DNA of 64,000 nucleotides from the IMG/VR virus record IMGVR_UViG_3300044695_006482, positions 7,968-71,967 of that record. One strand, written 5' to 3'. Shown here piece by piece: positions 1 through 9,145 of the stretch (its first letter is position 1; each line of letters opens with the position of its first letter). Made by a program: the position numbers and the translations under genes. Source of the DNA: a virus. A model generated the notes under the pieces. The model saw only the letters and a program-made list of their open reading frames with translations. It was not told where the DNA came from and searched no databases.

Positions 1-31
1 CCCCAGGAGACCACCCCCCGAGATCCCAGTC

Positions 32-74
32 CGGGGCGTAGCGCAGCTTGGTAGCGCACCACTTTGGGGTAGTG
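32..74 (+). mobile_element. att core (attP or attL): 43-bp 5' half of tRNA-Pro(GGG)
   Basis: CGGGGCGTAGCGCAGCTTGGTAGCGCACCACTTTGGGGTAGTG gives the acceptor 5' strand, D arm and anticodon arm (loop TTGGGGT). No T arm follows. It lies 160 bp upstream of the integrase. Confidence 0.85.
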
Positions 75-234
75 CCTACTCCATCTACGCCACCAGAAGA
101 AAGATTCCAGGCCAGCACTCGGATTCTTTGCAGCGCAACGCTTTTCGGCCCATGGTGGCTCGCTTAATTCAGCCCGGCTTGACCAAAACAGACCTAGGCT
201 GACGCAGAAAGTAGTCCAGGTTTTAGTCCAGACC

Positions 235-1290
235 TTGGCCCTCGACGCTGCCCTACAAGAGCTGAACGCCCGCCTGAAGGCCGGGCATCAGAAGTGCGTT
301 GTCGAGCTGCGCGGGGCCTCCCTGCACCTCAGGGCCACCCTGCCAACGCGTGACGATCCGTCGCAGCGACGCCAGCAGCGCATAGCCCTAGGACTGCCCG
401 CCGAGTTCTCCGCCCTCCCCGCAGCCGAACGCAAAGCCATCGAGCTGGGTCATCAGTTGCGCACCGGCACCTTTACGTGGGCTGCATGGGAAGCTCCTGA
501 CGCATCCGTCATCACCGTGTCGGACTTTCACGCCGCCGCTCAGCGCCTGCACGCCAGCAAGTACCGCAAGTCCCCCGAGCGCGGTGCCGCCGCCTGGTCG
601 AAGAAATGGGCCCCGGCGCTCCGCAAGCTGCCGCTCTCGGGGGCAATCACCGAAGCGGTGCTGCTGCGCTGCATCCGCAAGCTGCCCGAGGGCTCCGCCG
701 CCCGCCGCGACCAGGGCAACCTGCTGGCCCAGGTGGCCAAGACACTGGGCCTGGAGACCGGCGCTCTGCTTGAAGCCTCCCGCGGCTACGGCGTCGACAA
801 GCTCGCCGAGCGCGACATCCCCACCGACAAGGCCATCGAGGCTGCCATCGGCAAGATCCGCCTACCGCACTGGCGCTGGACCTTTGCCATGTGCGCGGCC
901 TACGGCCTCCGCCCGCACGAATGCGCCGGGCTGATCTGGCTCGAGGACGACTGGATCGAGGTGGCCGACGCCACCAAGACCGGCAGTCGGCGCGTGACCG
1001 CATGCCCAAGCGCATGGGTGCGGCAGTTCGGCCTGCGCGGCCTTCGCCGCCCGACGCAATCAGCCCAGGGCCTCAGCAAGGCATTCTCCGACGCCCTCGC
1101 CCGAGATCAGGTCACGATCAAGCCGTACAACCTGCGGCATGCCTACGCGTTGCGCCTGATGAGCAAGGGCGTAGCCGCGGACCTGGCCGCCCGGCTGATG
1201 GGCCACAGCCTGGTCGTGCACCAGTCCACCTATCAGCGGTGGATCGAGGCCGACCGGATCCAGAAAGCCATGCACGGCCTAACCCTCTGA
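235..1290 (+). CDS. int: Tyrosine recombinase (phage integrase)
   Basis: YGLRPHE (Arg), TKTG (Lys), YNLRHAY, LMGHS and C-terminal Tyr (HQSTY); adjacent to the att core. Confidence 0.92.
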   Translation: MALDAALQELNARLKAGHQKCVVELRGASLHLRATLPTRDDPSQRRQQRIALGLPAEFSALPAAERKAIELGHQLRTGTFTWAAWEAPDASVITVSDFHAAAQRLHASKYRKSPERGAAAWSKKWAPALRKLPLSGAITEAVLLRCIRKLPEGSAARRDQGNLLAQVAKTLGLETGALLEASRGYGVDKLAERDIPTDKAIEAAIGKIRLPHWRWTFAMCAAYGLRPHECAGLIWLEDDWIEVADATKTGSRRVTACPSAWVRQFGLRGLRRPTQSAQGLSKAFSDALARDQVTIKPYNLRHAYALRLMSKGVAADLAARLMGHSLVVHQSTYQRWIEADRIQKAMHGLTL

Positions 1291-1328
1291 GGTTGCGCTA
1301 GGGTCTGTTCAGATCTGGTTAGACCTAG

Positions 1329-1601
1329 ATGGAGGAGATCCTCAATCGCCTGGACGACATCGAGCGCGCGCTGGACAAGCTGATCCGCGCCACAGTCGCC
1401 ACCCCCGAGAACGACTGGGTGGACTCCAAGGAGTTCTGCCGCCTTGTTGGACTGCGCGACACGAAGGCCCTGACGTACCAAATGTCGAAAGGCGTGATCC
1501 GCAGCGACGCCCTGCGCAACATCGGCACCGCACAGCGCCCTCGGTATCGCTTCCACCGCGTGAAAGCGGTTGACCAGTTCCTGAACAGGTGGGGCAAGTG
1601 A
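1329..1601 (+). CDS. Putative excisionase / small DNA-binding protein
   Basis: 90 aa directly after int; WVDSKEFCRLVG...RYRFH resembles winged-helix Xis proteins. Confidence 0.55.
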   Translation: MEEILNRLDDIERALDKLIRATVATPENDWVDSKEFCRLVGLRDTKALTYQMSKGVIRSDALRNIGTAQRPRYRFHRVKAVDQFLNRWGK

Positions 1602-1954
1602 AGAACAACGAGCAAGCGTTGGCGGACTGGGTCTACAGGCTCCACACCGAGTGGCTGCCGAACTGGCAAGACATGCCGGACAACACCTTCGTCTGGTGGA
1701 ACTTGCTGCTCACTGTCCTCGACGAGGCCAGCACTGACGAGTTCGGAGAGGTCGTCGTTCGCATGACAGCACCCGCGCTCACCTCCGCACGCCCCGCCAG
1801 TAGCGCTCCTCCGCCTTGCCCTCCCACGCCCGGTGCTGCGCCAGACGCGCAGAAGCCCGAGCGCGACGCTTGCGGAGGTTCCAGTCGTGGAAGAACTGGG
1901 CATCATCAACCAGTCGGTGCAGCAACCCGTTGGGGAGCCGTTCCGCGATCTTGA
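1598..1954 (+). CDS. Hypothetical protein
   Basis: GTGA overlap with the previous stop; Trp-rich N-terminal half; the low-complexity 3' part overlaps the convergent gene. Confidence 0.5.
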   Translation: MKNNEQALADWVYRLHTEWLPNWQDMPDNTFVWWNLLLTVLDEASTDEFGEVVVRMTAPALTSARPASSAPPPCPPTPGAAPDAQKPERDACGGSSRGRTGHHQPVGAATRWGAVPRS

Positions 1955-1997
1955 TCAACCTCTGCAAGTACCGTGCTCGGGCCTCCAGCTCGGTCAC
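1779..1997 (-). CDS. Hypothetical protein
   Basis: 72 aa, starts 5 nt after the cyAbrB stop on the same strand. Confidence 0.6.
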   Translation of the reverse strand: MTELEARARYLQRLIKIAERLPNGLLHRLVDDAQFFHDWNLRKRRARASARLAQHRAWEGKAEERYWRGVRR

Positions 1998-2002
1998 TCA
2001 GC

Positions 2003-2371
2003 TCAGACCTTGGCTGCCGAGGGCGCAGTGGCCTGAACCGGCTTGGGCACCAGGCGGATGGCGTCGTCGTCGATGACGATGTCGAGCTCGTCACCCGGTT
2101 GCAGGTTGAACTTGGCCGAGTAGGTCTTACCCAGCAGGATCACGCCGCTGCGGTGGACCGTGGTCTGGTAGGCCGCAATCTTGCCGGGAGCTTTGCCCAC
2201 AGCAATCGCGACACCTTTTGCCTTGAGCAGTGCGTTGTAGAAGTTCTTGACCAGGATTTGCTCCTTGCCAGTCTTGGTCTGACGCACGTAGCCAGCTTCA
2301 CGAGCGAGCTCTGTCTGAGTCATGTTCTCCCGATCTTTGACCAGATCGAGAAGCTCTTTGCCAACCAGCAT
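2003..2371 (-). CDS. Cyanobacterial AbrB-like (cyAbrB) transcription regulator
   Basis: L.GKELL..VK...LAREAGY...FYNALLKAKG N-terminal domain plus C-terminal AbrB motif (TVHRSGVILLGKTY...LQPGDELDI). Confidence 0.88.
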   Translation of the reverse strand: MLVGKELLDLVKDRENMTQTELAREAGYVRQTKTGKEQILVKNFYNALLKAKGVAIAVGKAPGKIAAYQTTVHRSGVILLGKTYSAKFNLQPGDELDIVIDDDAIRLVPKPVQATAPSAAKV

Positions 2372-2433
2372 CGGTAAGCGGGGAAACAACGCCCAGATTA
2401 GGACAGATAGAGGCAAAGGGAAACCTCTGTCAG

Positions 2434-4386
2434 TCATTTCGCATCAGCCCAGGTCGGCCCCCATGACACCTCAGCCAAAATCGGCACCTTCTTACAAATC
2501 TCCGCGCCTGCTGACTCCATCGAAGCCTTCAGAAGCGCCGCCCAGTGCTCTTTGCGCCCTTCTTTGACCTCGAGCACGATTTCATCGTGAACCATAGCGA
2601 TGAGGCGCGCTTCATCAGCAGGTGCTTTTACAAGCGAATCCCACAGTTTGGAGATAGCGATCTTAGCAATATCACCAGCCGTACCCTGAACTTGCGTATT
2701 GATACGCGTGGTGTACTTATCGTTAAACCCCACCAGCATGCGCCTCCGCCCGAGAGCGGTGTGCACTGCAGGCGTCGTCCGCGTCCCTTGATCCTGCTGC
2801 CACTTATAGAGAGTGGGATAAGCCTCACGAAAGCCTTCGACAATCTCCCTAGCTTCATCCATGTTCATATCAATGCCGTACTGAGCAACAGCTTGCTTTT
2901 GCAGCGTTGCTGGACCCGCCCCAAAAAGCAAACCAAAGTTTGCCATTTTTGCACTGGTGCGTTGTGACTTAGTAACCTCATCAAGACTCACCTTTGCGAT
3001 CAGGGAAGCGGTCTCGGTGTGCAGGTCACGCCCAGCCAAGTACGCGTCGATCATCCGCTGCTCCCCCGAGAGCTCAGCCGCCACACGAAGCTCCACCTGG
3101 GAGAAGTCAGCAACGATCAGCAGATATCCCGAAAGTGCAACGAACTTGCTCCGGAAGTCCTCTCCACGATTGACTTGTTGAAGGTTCGGCGAAGCTGCAC
3201 TCAGACGGCCCGTCTCGGTGCCCATCTGCCTGTAGTTGCAGTGGATGCGCCCATCCGGCCCAATAGACTCAAGCAATTTCTCGATATTCGAGACCTTGGT
3301 AACCGCTGTTTTCCACGTCAGATACTGATCAATCAGTTGGTAGTCATTACGCAGGAACGCCAACAGGTTCTGGTCCAAGCTCGGGGCACCCTTCTCATCA
3401 ACGGGCAACAAGATCCCCGCCTTCTTAAATCCCAGCGCCATTTGCTGGGCCGACCTCGGATTGAAGCCCTTGTAAAGTTTTGTGCCGAGCCGCTTATAGC
3501 CGCTGTCCTTCTCCCTGGTATTGATGCTGCCGTCCGGATCCCGCGGCAGCCACGAGTTCGGATCATCCGGCGCGTTCTTCCGGATCTCTTGGTCCAGGTG
3601 CTCGAGGAACAAGGTCTTCAGCGCCTCGGCCTCCGCGGTGAGCGAGACGCGCAGCTCCTCAGCCCCCGGCTGATCGAACCCGAACCCGTGCCACTGCATC
3701 AGCGCGATCGGCCGCAGCACGCGCATCTCCAGCTGGAACAGGTCCCACAAGGTGTAGTCCCCCCGGACGATGTCGTTCGTCAGCTTCGACTGAAGCACCG
3801 GCGCCAAGTGAGGCAGGCAGATGGCATCCCGCGCCGAGTACACGAACTGCTCGGTGGTGAGCACGCTCGCTGACCAATCGGACTTCTGAAGCTCCTTGGG
3901 CATGACCCACTTCAGATTGCGCTTGACGATCTCACCGAGGTCGTTGGGCGCACCGGTGCCGTTGTTGATGATCTTCGCCGCGACCATGGTGTCGAAGATT
4001 GGCCCCCCGAGGACGACCCCCTCCCCCCGTAGAAAGTTCAGGTCAAACGCCGCGTTTTGCAGCACTTTGCGGCACCCCCCTTCGAGCAGCGCTTTGAGTT
4101 GGCGCAGCCCGTCGGCCTCCCATGGGACCTCACGGCAGTCCGCCCGCCGCCACCCATCAAGATCGACAATCAGGGCAAACTGTGCAGTCGCCACCTGGAT
4201 CAGACGGACCTGATTGACCCGCGGATCGAGCCCCGTCGTCTCAGTGTCAACCCCAATGGGCATTGCAACAGCTTCAATCTCAGCAATGCGCCGCTTCAGT
4301 TGACCAGCCTGGGCTGGACCTTTGATGACGTCGTAATCCGGATGCAGCAGTGCTCCGATCGCGTCCTCGGTGATTTTCGATGGCAT
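2434..4386 (-). CDS. polA: Family A DNA polymerase with 3'-5' exonuclease domain
   Basis: ExoI DTETTG, ExoII NAAFD, ExoIII YSARD; TGRLS...PNLQQ; motif A ADFSQVELR; motif B KMANFGLLFG; motif C VHDE. Confidence 0.96.
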   Translation of the reverse strand: MPSKITEDAIGALLHPDYDVIKGPAQAGQLKRRIAEIEAVAMPIGVDTETTGLDPRVNQVRLIQVATAQFALIVDLDGWRRADCREVPWEADGLRQLKALLEGGCRKVLQNAAFDLNFLRGEGVVLGGPIFDTMVAAKIINNGTGAPNDLGEIVKRNLKWVMPKELQKSDWSASVLTTEQFVYSARDAICLPHLAPVLQSKLTNDIVRGDYTLWDLFQLEMRVLRPIALMQWHGFGFDQPGAEELRVSLTAEAEALKTLFLEHLDQEIRKNAPDDPNSWLPRDPDGSINTREKDSGYKRLGTKLYKGFNPRSAQQMALGFKKAGILLPVDEKGAPSLDQNLLAFLRNDYQLIDQYLTWKTAVTKVSNIEKLLESIGPDGRIHCNYRQMGTETGRLSAASPNLQQVNRGEDFRSKFVALSGYLLIVADFSQVELRVAAELSGEQRMIDAYLAGRDLHTETASLIAKVSLDEVTKSQRTSAKMANFGLLFGAGPATLQKQAVAQYGIDMNMDEAREIVEGFREAYPTLYKWQQDQGTRTTPAVHTALGRRRMLVGFNDKYTTRINTQVQGTAGDIAKIAISKLWDSLVKAPADEARLIAMVHDEIVLEVKEGRKEHWAALLKASMESAGAEICKKVPILAEVSWGPTWADAK

Positions 4387-4409
4387 TGTGAAGTAACTGC
4401 TACAGGCGG

Positions 4410-4610
4410 ATGGACAGCCTCTCGCTGAAGTTCGCGGAGGAGTCAGCTCTCAGGCAGCTCGAAGACTGCACTGATATTGCTGAGTTGAAAAAACTGACGT
4501 CAGCACTGATCAAGGCTCACTTCAATGCGAAGGCGCTGATCTGCCAGTTGATGGAGCAGGGACTGAAGGACATCTCCCGAGAACGGTGCACCTACTGCCC
4601 TCACGAATGA
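4410..4610 (+). CDS. Hypothetical protein
   Basis: 66-aa helical ORF in the gap between pol and primase. Confidence 0.6.
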   Translation: MDSLSLKFAEESALRQLEDCTDIAELKKLTSALIKAHFNAKALICQLMEQGLKDISRERCTYCPHE

Positions 4611-4754
4611 GTGGCCAGTAGGCTTGCCCCAGCGGGCTCCTCGCATCGGAGCCACGCGGCCACCAGCGGCGAACGGTGGTGACGCAGGGGGAAGGGGCGG
4701 CTGACCCCTCCCCTTGCCCTGCTCCGGTCAGCCTAGGCGCCGTTCCGGTTCTGG

Positions 4755-7679
4755 TCACCACTGGTCACCAAAGCGCGCCCAGTCCTCCGGCGTCTCCTGC
4801 CACTCCGTCAGGACGGGAACGTCCACGTCATGTCGTTGAACCGGGGGTCGCGGTTCAACCACAGCTGGACGATCGGATGGTTGTCCGTCGAGCACCGCCA
4901 GATCTGGGTCATCGCCCAGTGCCGGCCGCCCGGAGTCTTGGCCTCCCGGAACTTCCGCTCCCACGTCGCCAGGCGCTTGCACGCCTTCTCCGAGCTCGGC
5001 AGCCGCTGGATCTGGTCCTGGTTGGTCATGAGACTCCTTCTTACCCCGCGTTTTGTTGTCCGTTGTCCTTTGCCCCCCTAGATCGCCCTCGGGGACTGGC
5101 GATTTGCAAAGGACATCCTGTTCGCATTCTGGTTGATGTCCGTTCCTTTCCGGGCTTGGTGAAGCCGACCCAGAGGAAAGGACAGCGTCCTCGGGGGTGG
5201 ATTCGTTGTCCTTTGCTTTTTCCTGTTCCTGCAAGGGATCTGATGGACGAACGGACAAAAGACACTCAAATGAGGGCAACGCACGCGAGGGGGTGGGTGG
5301 AAGTGTGTAAGAAGGGACCGGCTTGTCCGAGCCTGCGACCTTGATCTTCCGCCCCTCCACCAGCACGCCATTCGTCACCCACCGGTCCAACCATCGCTTC
5401 ACGGTCTTGCCCGAGGGCGCCTGCCTGCCCTGACCCCCCATCTCACCAACCAGCCGCTCCCAGACCTCCTTGGCGGTGACCCGGTCATTCCCATCGCCGT
5501 CCTCACCCCGAGCCTTCAGCACCCGGTCCTTGACGATGCGCAGCGCCATGGTGTTCGGCTCCGGATCGCCCTGCCCCTGGTCCTCGCGCCGCTCCGTCGG
5601 CGTGTAGTCCCACACCGAGTACGCGAAGTCGTGGTCCCGCTCGACCACCAGCAGGTCGCCCTGGCGCCCCAGGCGTGACTTCTTGATCTGGATCATCCGG
5701 CAGTTGCCGGGACTCCGCCGCCGCTCCCTCAGCGACTCCCGCTCGTCCTCCGAGAGCGTCCTGAGGTGCCACTGCTCATCAACCGCCGCCACGAGGTAGC
5801 GCGTCCCCCTGGCCTCCCCATTGGCGTTGTCGTGGTGGATCCAGATGATCGACGTCGCCGGGAACCCATCGGAGCTCGGATCCCCGTTCTTCTCCGCGTA
5901 GTAATAGAAGGGGCTGGCAAAGCCCTTGTCCTTCTCCTCGCACTGCATCTTGGTGCTGCAGGAGCCGATCGAATCCACCACCACGAGAGCGGGCTTGTAC
6001 TGCCGAATCCACTCGGCGAACTCGTGGGTGTGGTTGATCTGGAAGCCGCGCTTGACGATGAACCAGCTGTCGCTGGCCGGATCGATGCCGTTGTCCTCGC
6101 AGTCCTGTAGGAGCTTGGCTGGGTTCTGATCGTTCTGGATCCAGAGCACCGGGCCCTGCTTGACCGGCAGCTCAATGCCGCGGATCCGCATCGGAGTGCC
6201 GCGCCCCACGGCGGTGGCCAGGCCCATGCAGGCCGACGTCTTCCCGAGGCCGCCGGCGGCGTGCAGCATCACCTGGGTGGGCTTCATCAGCAGGTTCGGC
6301 ACGAGGAACTGCATGCGCTCCACGTCCTGCCACCAGTGCTTCTTCTCGTTCTGCCGGCGCGAATCCTCGTAGTACCGGTACTCCTCCATCGCCGCCAGGC
6401 ACTGCGACCCGGTCAGGCGCCGCCCCGTCTCTGCCGCGAGCTCGGCCATCCGGGCCACCCGCAGCGCGGGGTTCATCTCCTCGTCGTGGATCTTGATCAG
6501 GGCCTCGTGGAAGTCCCTGGCGTTCATGACGAGCCGCGGCACCTCCTTGGTGACCTGCGCCTGCGCATCTTCGGGGTAGTTGAAGCCAATCTCCCCCGCG
6601 AGGTCGGCGACGTACTTCTCCAGATCCGCCCCAGTGGGCTTGCCGGCATAGAGGTTGTCGACCTTGATCTTGTGAATGAAGTCGAGCAGGTCACCGCCGA
6701 CCTCGCACGCCTTGCAGTCCCAGCAGCCGCTCTGCTTGGAAAACTGGAAGCTGGTGCCGCTCTTGCCGCCGTGCCACGGGCAGCCGGACATCATCTGCGG
6801 GTTGTCGCCACCGCGCTCCTTCCAGCCGTAGCGCTCAAACGCCTCGTGCCGGAAGACAAGGTCCGCCAGCCGAGGCCGCAGCTTGGCCTGCACCTCCTCC
6901 TTGAAGAACCAGCCGCGGATCTGCCGCGGCGGCAGCACGGTCTGCCCCCCGAGCTCGGCATCCAGCTCCTGCTGCACCGAATCCGGCAGCCACTGCACCG
7001 GCTTGCGGAACGGCCGCAGGGCATCGAGCACCCAGCCCGGCGCCGGCTCGACCTTGCCCTCGTTGTAGTTAAGGAAGCGGTAGCGCCCGCCGGTATCCGG
7101 ATGCGGCGAGCCCGGCAGCACGCTCTGACTCTTGTTGAAGCGGAGCACGACCTCCTCGTACTCGGGGTCGCCCTCGACCAGAGCCTTCTGCTCCAGGTCC
7201 GCGGCCTGCTCCTTGGCTTTGGAGCCCCGGTGCCAGGTGCCATCGAGGGTGAGCTTGAGCCTGGTGACGCTGTCCAGCTCCGGAATCAGCTGCCGCGGCA
7301 CTTGGTAGATGAGCTGCCGGCGCCCCGGCCTCCCCGAGGTCCAGGCCATGGTGCGCTCCTCGCCGTAGGACTCGTACTCGTCACCGGCGAGCGCCTTGTA
7401 GCGCGCATCGGCCGTAGGCCCATCGATGTCGAGGGCGATCAGCCCCTGCGAGTGCTCGCCAGTGACCACGCCAATGCCGCGGTAGCACTGCCTGGCCTTG
7501 TACGCCTCGATGCACATCTCGGCCGTGAGCGGCCTGTTCTGCCAGCCCTCGACGTAGGTGTCCTTGCCGTGTACTGGCACAAAGCGCCACCAGCGCGGGA
7601 AGACGCCGCCACGCAGCAGATCGATCGCCTTTCCCCCGAGATCGTCGGGCGGAAGGCTTGCGGACGATGAAGCAATCAT
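4755..7679 (-). CDS. Primase-helicase (Prim-Pol domain, Zn finger, RecA/AAA helicase)
   Basis: GIGVVTG..LIALDIDG and SVLPGSPHP (Prim-Pol); CPWH...CKAC Zn finger; Walker A AAGGLGKTS; Walker B LVVVDS; IHH motif. Confidence 0.9.
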   Translation of the reverse strand: MIASSSASLPPDDLGGKAIDLLRGGVFPRWWRFVPVHGKDTYVEGWQNRPLTAEMCIEAYKARQCYRGIGVVTGEHSQGLIALDIDGPTADARYKALAGDEYESYGEERTMAWTSGRPGRRQLIYQVPRQLIPELDSVTRLKLTLDGTWHRGSKAKEQAADLEQKALVEGDPEYEEVVLRFNKSQSVLPGSPHPDTGGRYRFLNYNEGKVEPAPGWVLDALRPFRKPVQWLPDSVQQELDAELGGQTVLPPRQIRGWFFKEEVQAKLRPRLADLVFRHEAFERYGWKERGGDNPQMMSGCPWHGGKSGTSFQFSKQSGCWDCKACEVGGDLLDFIHKIKVDNLYAGKPTGADLEKYVADLAGEIGFNYPEDAQAQVTKEVPRLVMNARDFHEALIKIHDEEMNPALRVARMAELAAETGRRLTGSQCLAAMEEYRYYEDSRRQNEKKHWWQDVERMQFLVPNLLMKPTQVMLHAAGGLGKTSACMGLATAVGRGTPMRIRGIELPVKQGPVLWIQNDQNPAKLLQDCEDNGIDPASDSWFIVKRGFQINHTHEFAEWIRQYKPALVVVDSIGSCSTKMQCEEKDKGFASPFYYYAEKNGDPSSDGFPATSIIWIHHDNANGEARGTRYLVAAVDEQWHLRTLSEDERESLRERRRSPGNCRMIQIKKSRLGRQGDLLVVERDHDFAYSVWDYTPTERREDQGQGDPEPNTMALRIVKDRVLKARGEDGDGNDRVTAKEVWERLVGEMGGQGRQAPSGKTVKRWLDRWVTNGVLVEGRKIKVAGSDKPVPSYTLPPTPSRALPSFECLLSVRPSDPLQEQEKAKDNESTPEDAVLSSGSASPSPERNGHQPECEQDVLCKSPVPEGDLGGQRTTDNKTRGKKESHDQPGPDPAAAELGEGVQAPGDVGAEVPGGQDSGRPALGDDPDLAVLDGQPSDRPAVVEPRPPVQRHDVDVPVLTEWQETPEDWARFGDQW
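4808..5029 (-). CDS. Small hypothetical protein nested in an alternative frame of the primase 3' end
   Basis: AAGGAG Shine-Dalgarno just upstream of the ATG; protein-like composition. Confidence 0.5.
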   Translation of the reverse strand: MTNQDQIQRLPSSEKACKRLATWERKFREAKTPGGRHWAMTQIWRCSTDNHPIVQLWLNRDPRFNDMTWTFPS

Positions 7680-7707
7680 GTAAATTCTGCAGCGTTATAG
7701 GTGCATG

Positions 7708-7732
7708 AGGGGGCAGATCTGCCCCCTTTTTT
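7708..7732 (+). terminator. Perfect 20-bp palindrome followed by a T-run (terminator or operator)
   Basis: AGGGGGCAGATCTGCCCCCT then TTTTT, in the divergent intergenic region. Confidence 0.55.
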
Positions 7733-7814
7733 GTGCGCCGGCCCAACCGGGCCTGGTCACGGTAGGGCCACAACCGTTGCGGGACAAGGGTGCTAGGTGT
7801 GTTGTCTTCCTTAA

Positions 7815-8627
7815 GTGAAGTCAAGAACGCATTTACCTGTTTTATGTTTGAGTCGCTGCCAGACACGACAAAAGGTCCGTCCTGTGACGCATCCCGCAAC
7901 GCTTGAGCCCGACTGCGGTCTAGGCCCCGACGCCACGATCCGAGACCAGTTCGAGAACGGGGTCCGGGTGTTCTCCCTCCTATTCACCAAGTGGATGGAC
8001 ACCAACGCTTGGTCCCACCCGGTGATGGTCCAGCTGGCCGCGGGCTGCCTGCAGCTCCCCGGTGGCAAGGGCTGGCTGCACTCCTCCCAGATCAGCGGCC
8101 TGCGCCACGGCAAGCTGCTCAGCCCCGGCCCGCGCACCTTCATGGCGATCGAGCGGCTGAACTTCCACCTGCACCTCTACACCACGAAGCAGCGCCTGCT
8201 CCCCGGCTCGAGTAGCAGCAACTTCTACTCCCACCCCTACGTCATCACCGAGGATGGCGCCCCACCCGAGCTCGGCTGGTGGATGGAAGTCTTCTGCGGC
8301 GCCCGCCTGCCCAAGGACGTTGACGTCAGCACGCGCTTCTTCACGGACGACCACTCTTACGCCGTGTCGGCGAACTGGGCGAAGCTGATCCGCCGCCTTC
8401 TGATCACCTCAGGCCACGACATCATCGAGGAGCTGGACAGCCTGATTCGTGCCCACTACCCGGTGCGAGAGCCCGACCGGGTGTCCCAGCTCATCGCCGT
8501 GATCCAGAACCGCACGCAGTGGAACCCGGACGAGCTGCTGCGCGAACTGCCCGCCATCACAGCGTTTACAGCAGCTCTCGGCGGCCCCGAGAACGAGGAA
8601 ACACTGCTGCAGGCCATCGACACATGA
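7815..8627 (+). CDS. Hypothetical protein, possibly a DNA-binding regulator (start may be further downstream)
   Basis: Long ORF with phage-like codon usage; LHSSQISGLRHGK is reminiscent of an HTH recognition helix. Confidence 0.7.
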   Translation: MKSRTHLPVLCLSRCQTRQKVRPVTHPATLEPDCGLGPDATIRDQFENGVRVFSLLFTKWMDTNAWSHPVMVQLAAGCLQLPGGKGWLHSSQISGLRHGKLLSPGPRTFMAIERLNFHLHLYTTKQRLLPGSSSSNFYSHPYVITEDGAPPELGWWMEVFCGARLPKDVDVSTRFFTDDHSYAVSANWAKLIRRLLITSGHDIIEELDSLIRAHYPVREPDRVSQLIAVIQNRTQWNPDELLRELPAITAFTAALGGPENEETLLQAIDT

Positions 8628-8714
8628 GGTATGTCAGCAAATGACTACAGGTAGAGCAGCCCGCTGAACCTGCCACCATTTGCGGTACATTGCGGCACCC
8701 TTGCACCGCCTTTA

Positions 8715-9074
8715 GTGCAAATCGCGACGCATCTTCCCACCCGCTACGAAACCATCAACTGGGAATACGCCTCATTAGTCGCGATCAAAGTCAGTAACAC
8801 TGGATACAGTCGCGATGTCTCACTCATCTGCGAGCAGGACGAGCAGAGCGGCTACTTTCCCGTGCGCTGCGAAGCAGCTCAGCTGGAGTACCTGCGTCCG
8901 TACGCCGAGATCCTGCGCCGCGCCACCTACGAAGGCGGCGAGCCACCGGTGGTGCCGATCTTCCGCTCAAACGGCTACGCCCACCTCTGCGTCAGCGGCG
9001 CGGTCTACGACTACCCCGAGCTCGACTCCGTCCGCCAGCGCCTCTGCACCCCCGCAAAGCGGGGGGGGGGGTGA
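8715..9074 (+). CDS. Hypothetical protein
   Basis: 119-aa ORF with typical codon usage. Confidence 0.7.
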   Translation: MQIATHLPTRYETINWEYASLVAIKVSNTGYSRDVSLICEQDEQSGYFPVRCEAAQLEYLRPYAEILRRATYEGGEPPVVPIFRSNGYAHLCVSGAVYDYPELDSVRQRLCTPAKRGGG

Positions 9075-9113
9075 CCACCCACATTTCTTCCAATTTCGGT
9101 CAACCTGATTCGG

Positions 9114-9142
9114 TTGACGCGTTGCCTGTTCGGGCCTAGGGT
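9114..9142 (+). promoter_or_regulatory. Sigma70-type promoter
   Basis: TTGACG-17 bp-TAGGGT ending just before the GTG at 9146; possibly a leaderless transcript. Confidence 0.55.
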
Positions 9143-9145
9143 GGC

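Noticed and set aside
32-74. Functional tRNA-Pro gene
   Set aside because: The T arm and 3' acceptor strand are absent, so it is treated as the att core.
9061-9071. G11 homopolymer as a phase-variation switch
   Set aside because: It lies in the last codons of the ORF, so slippage would change little. It also pairs with the upstream CCCCCGC as a hairpin and could include a sequencing length error.
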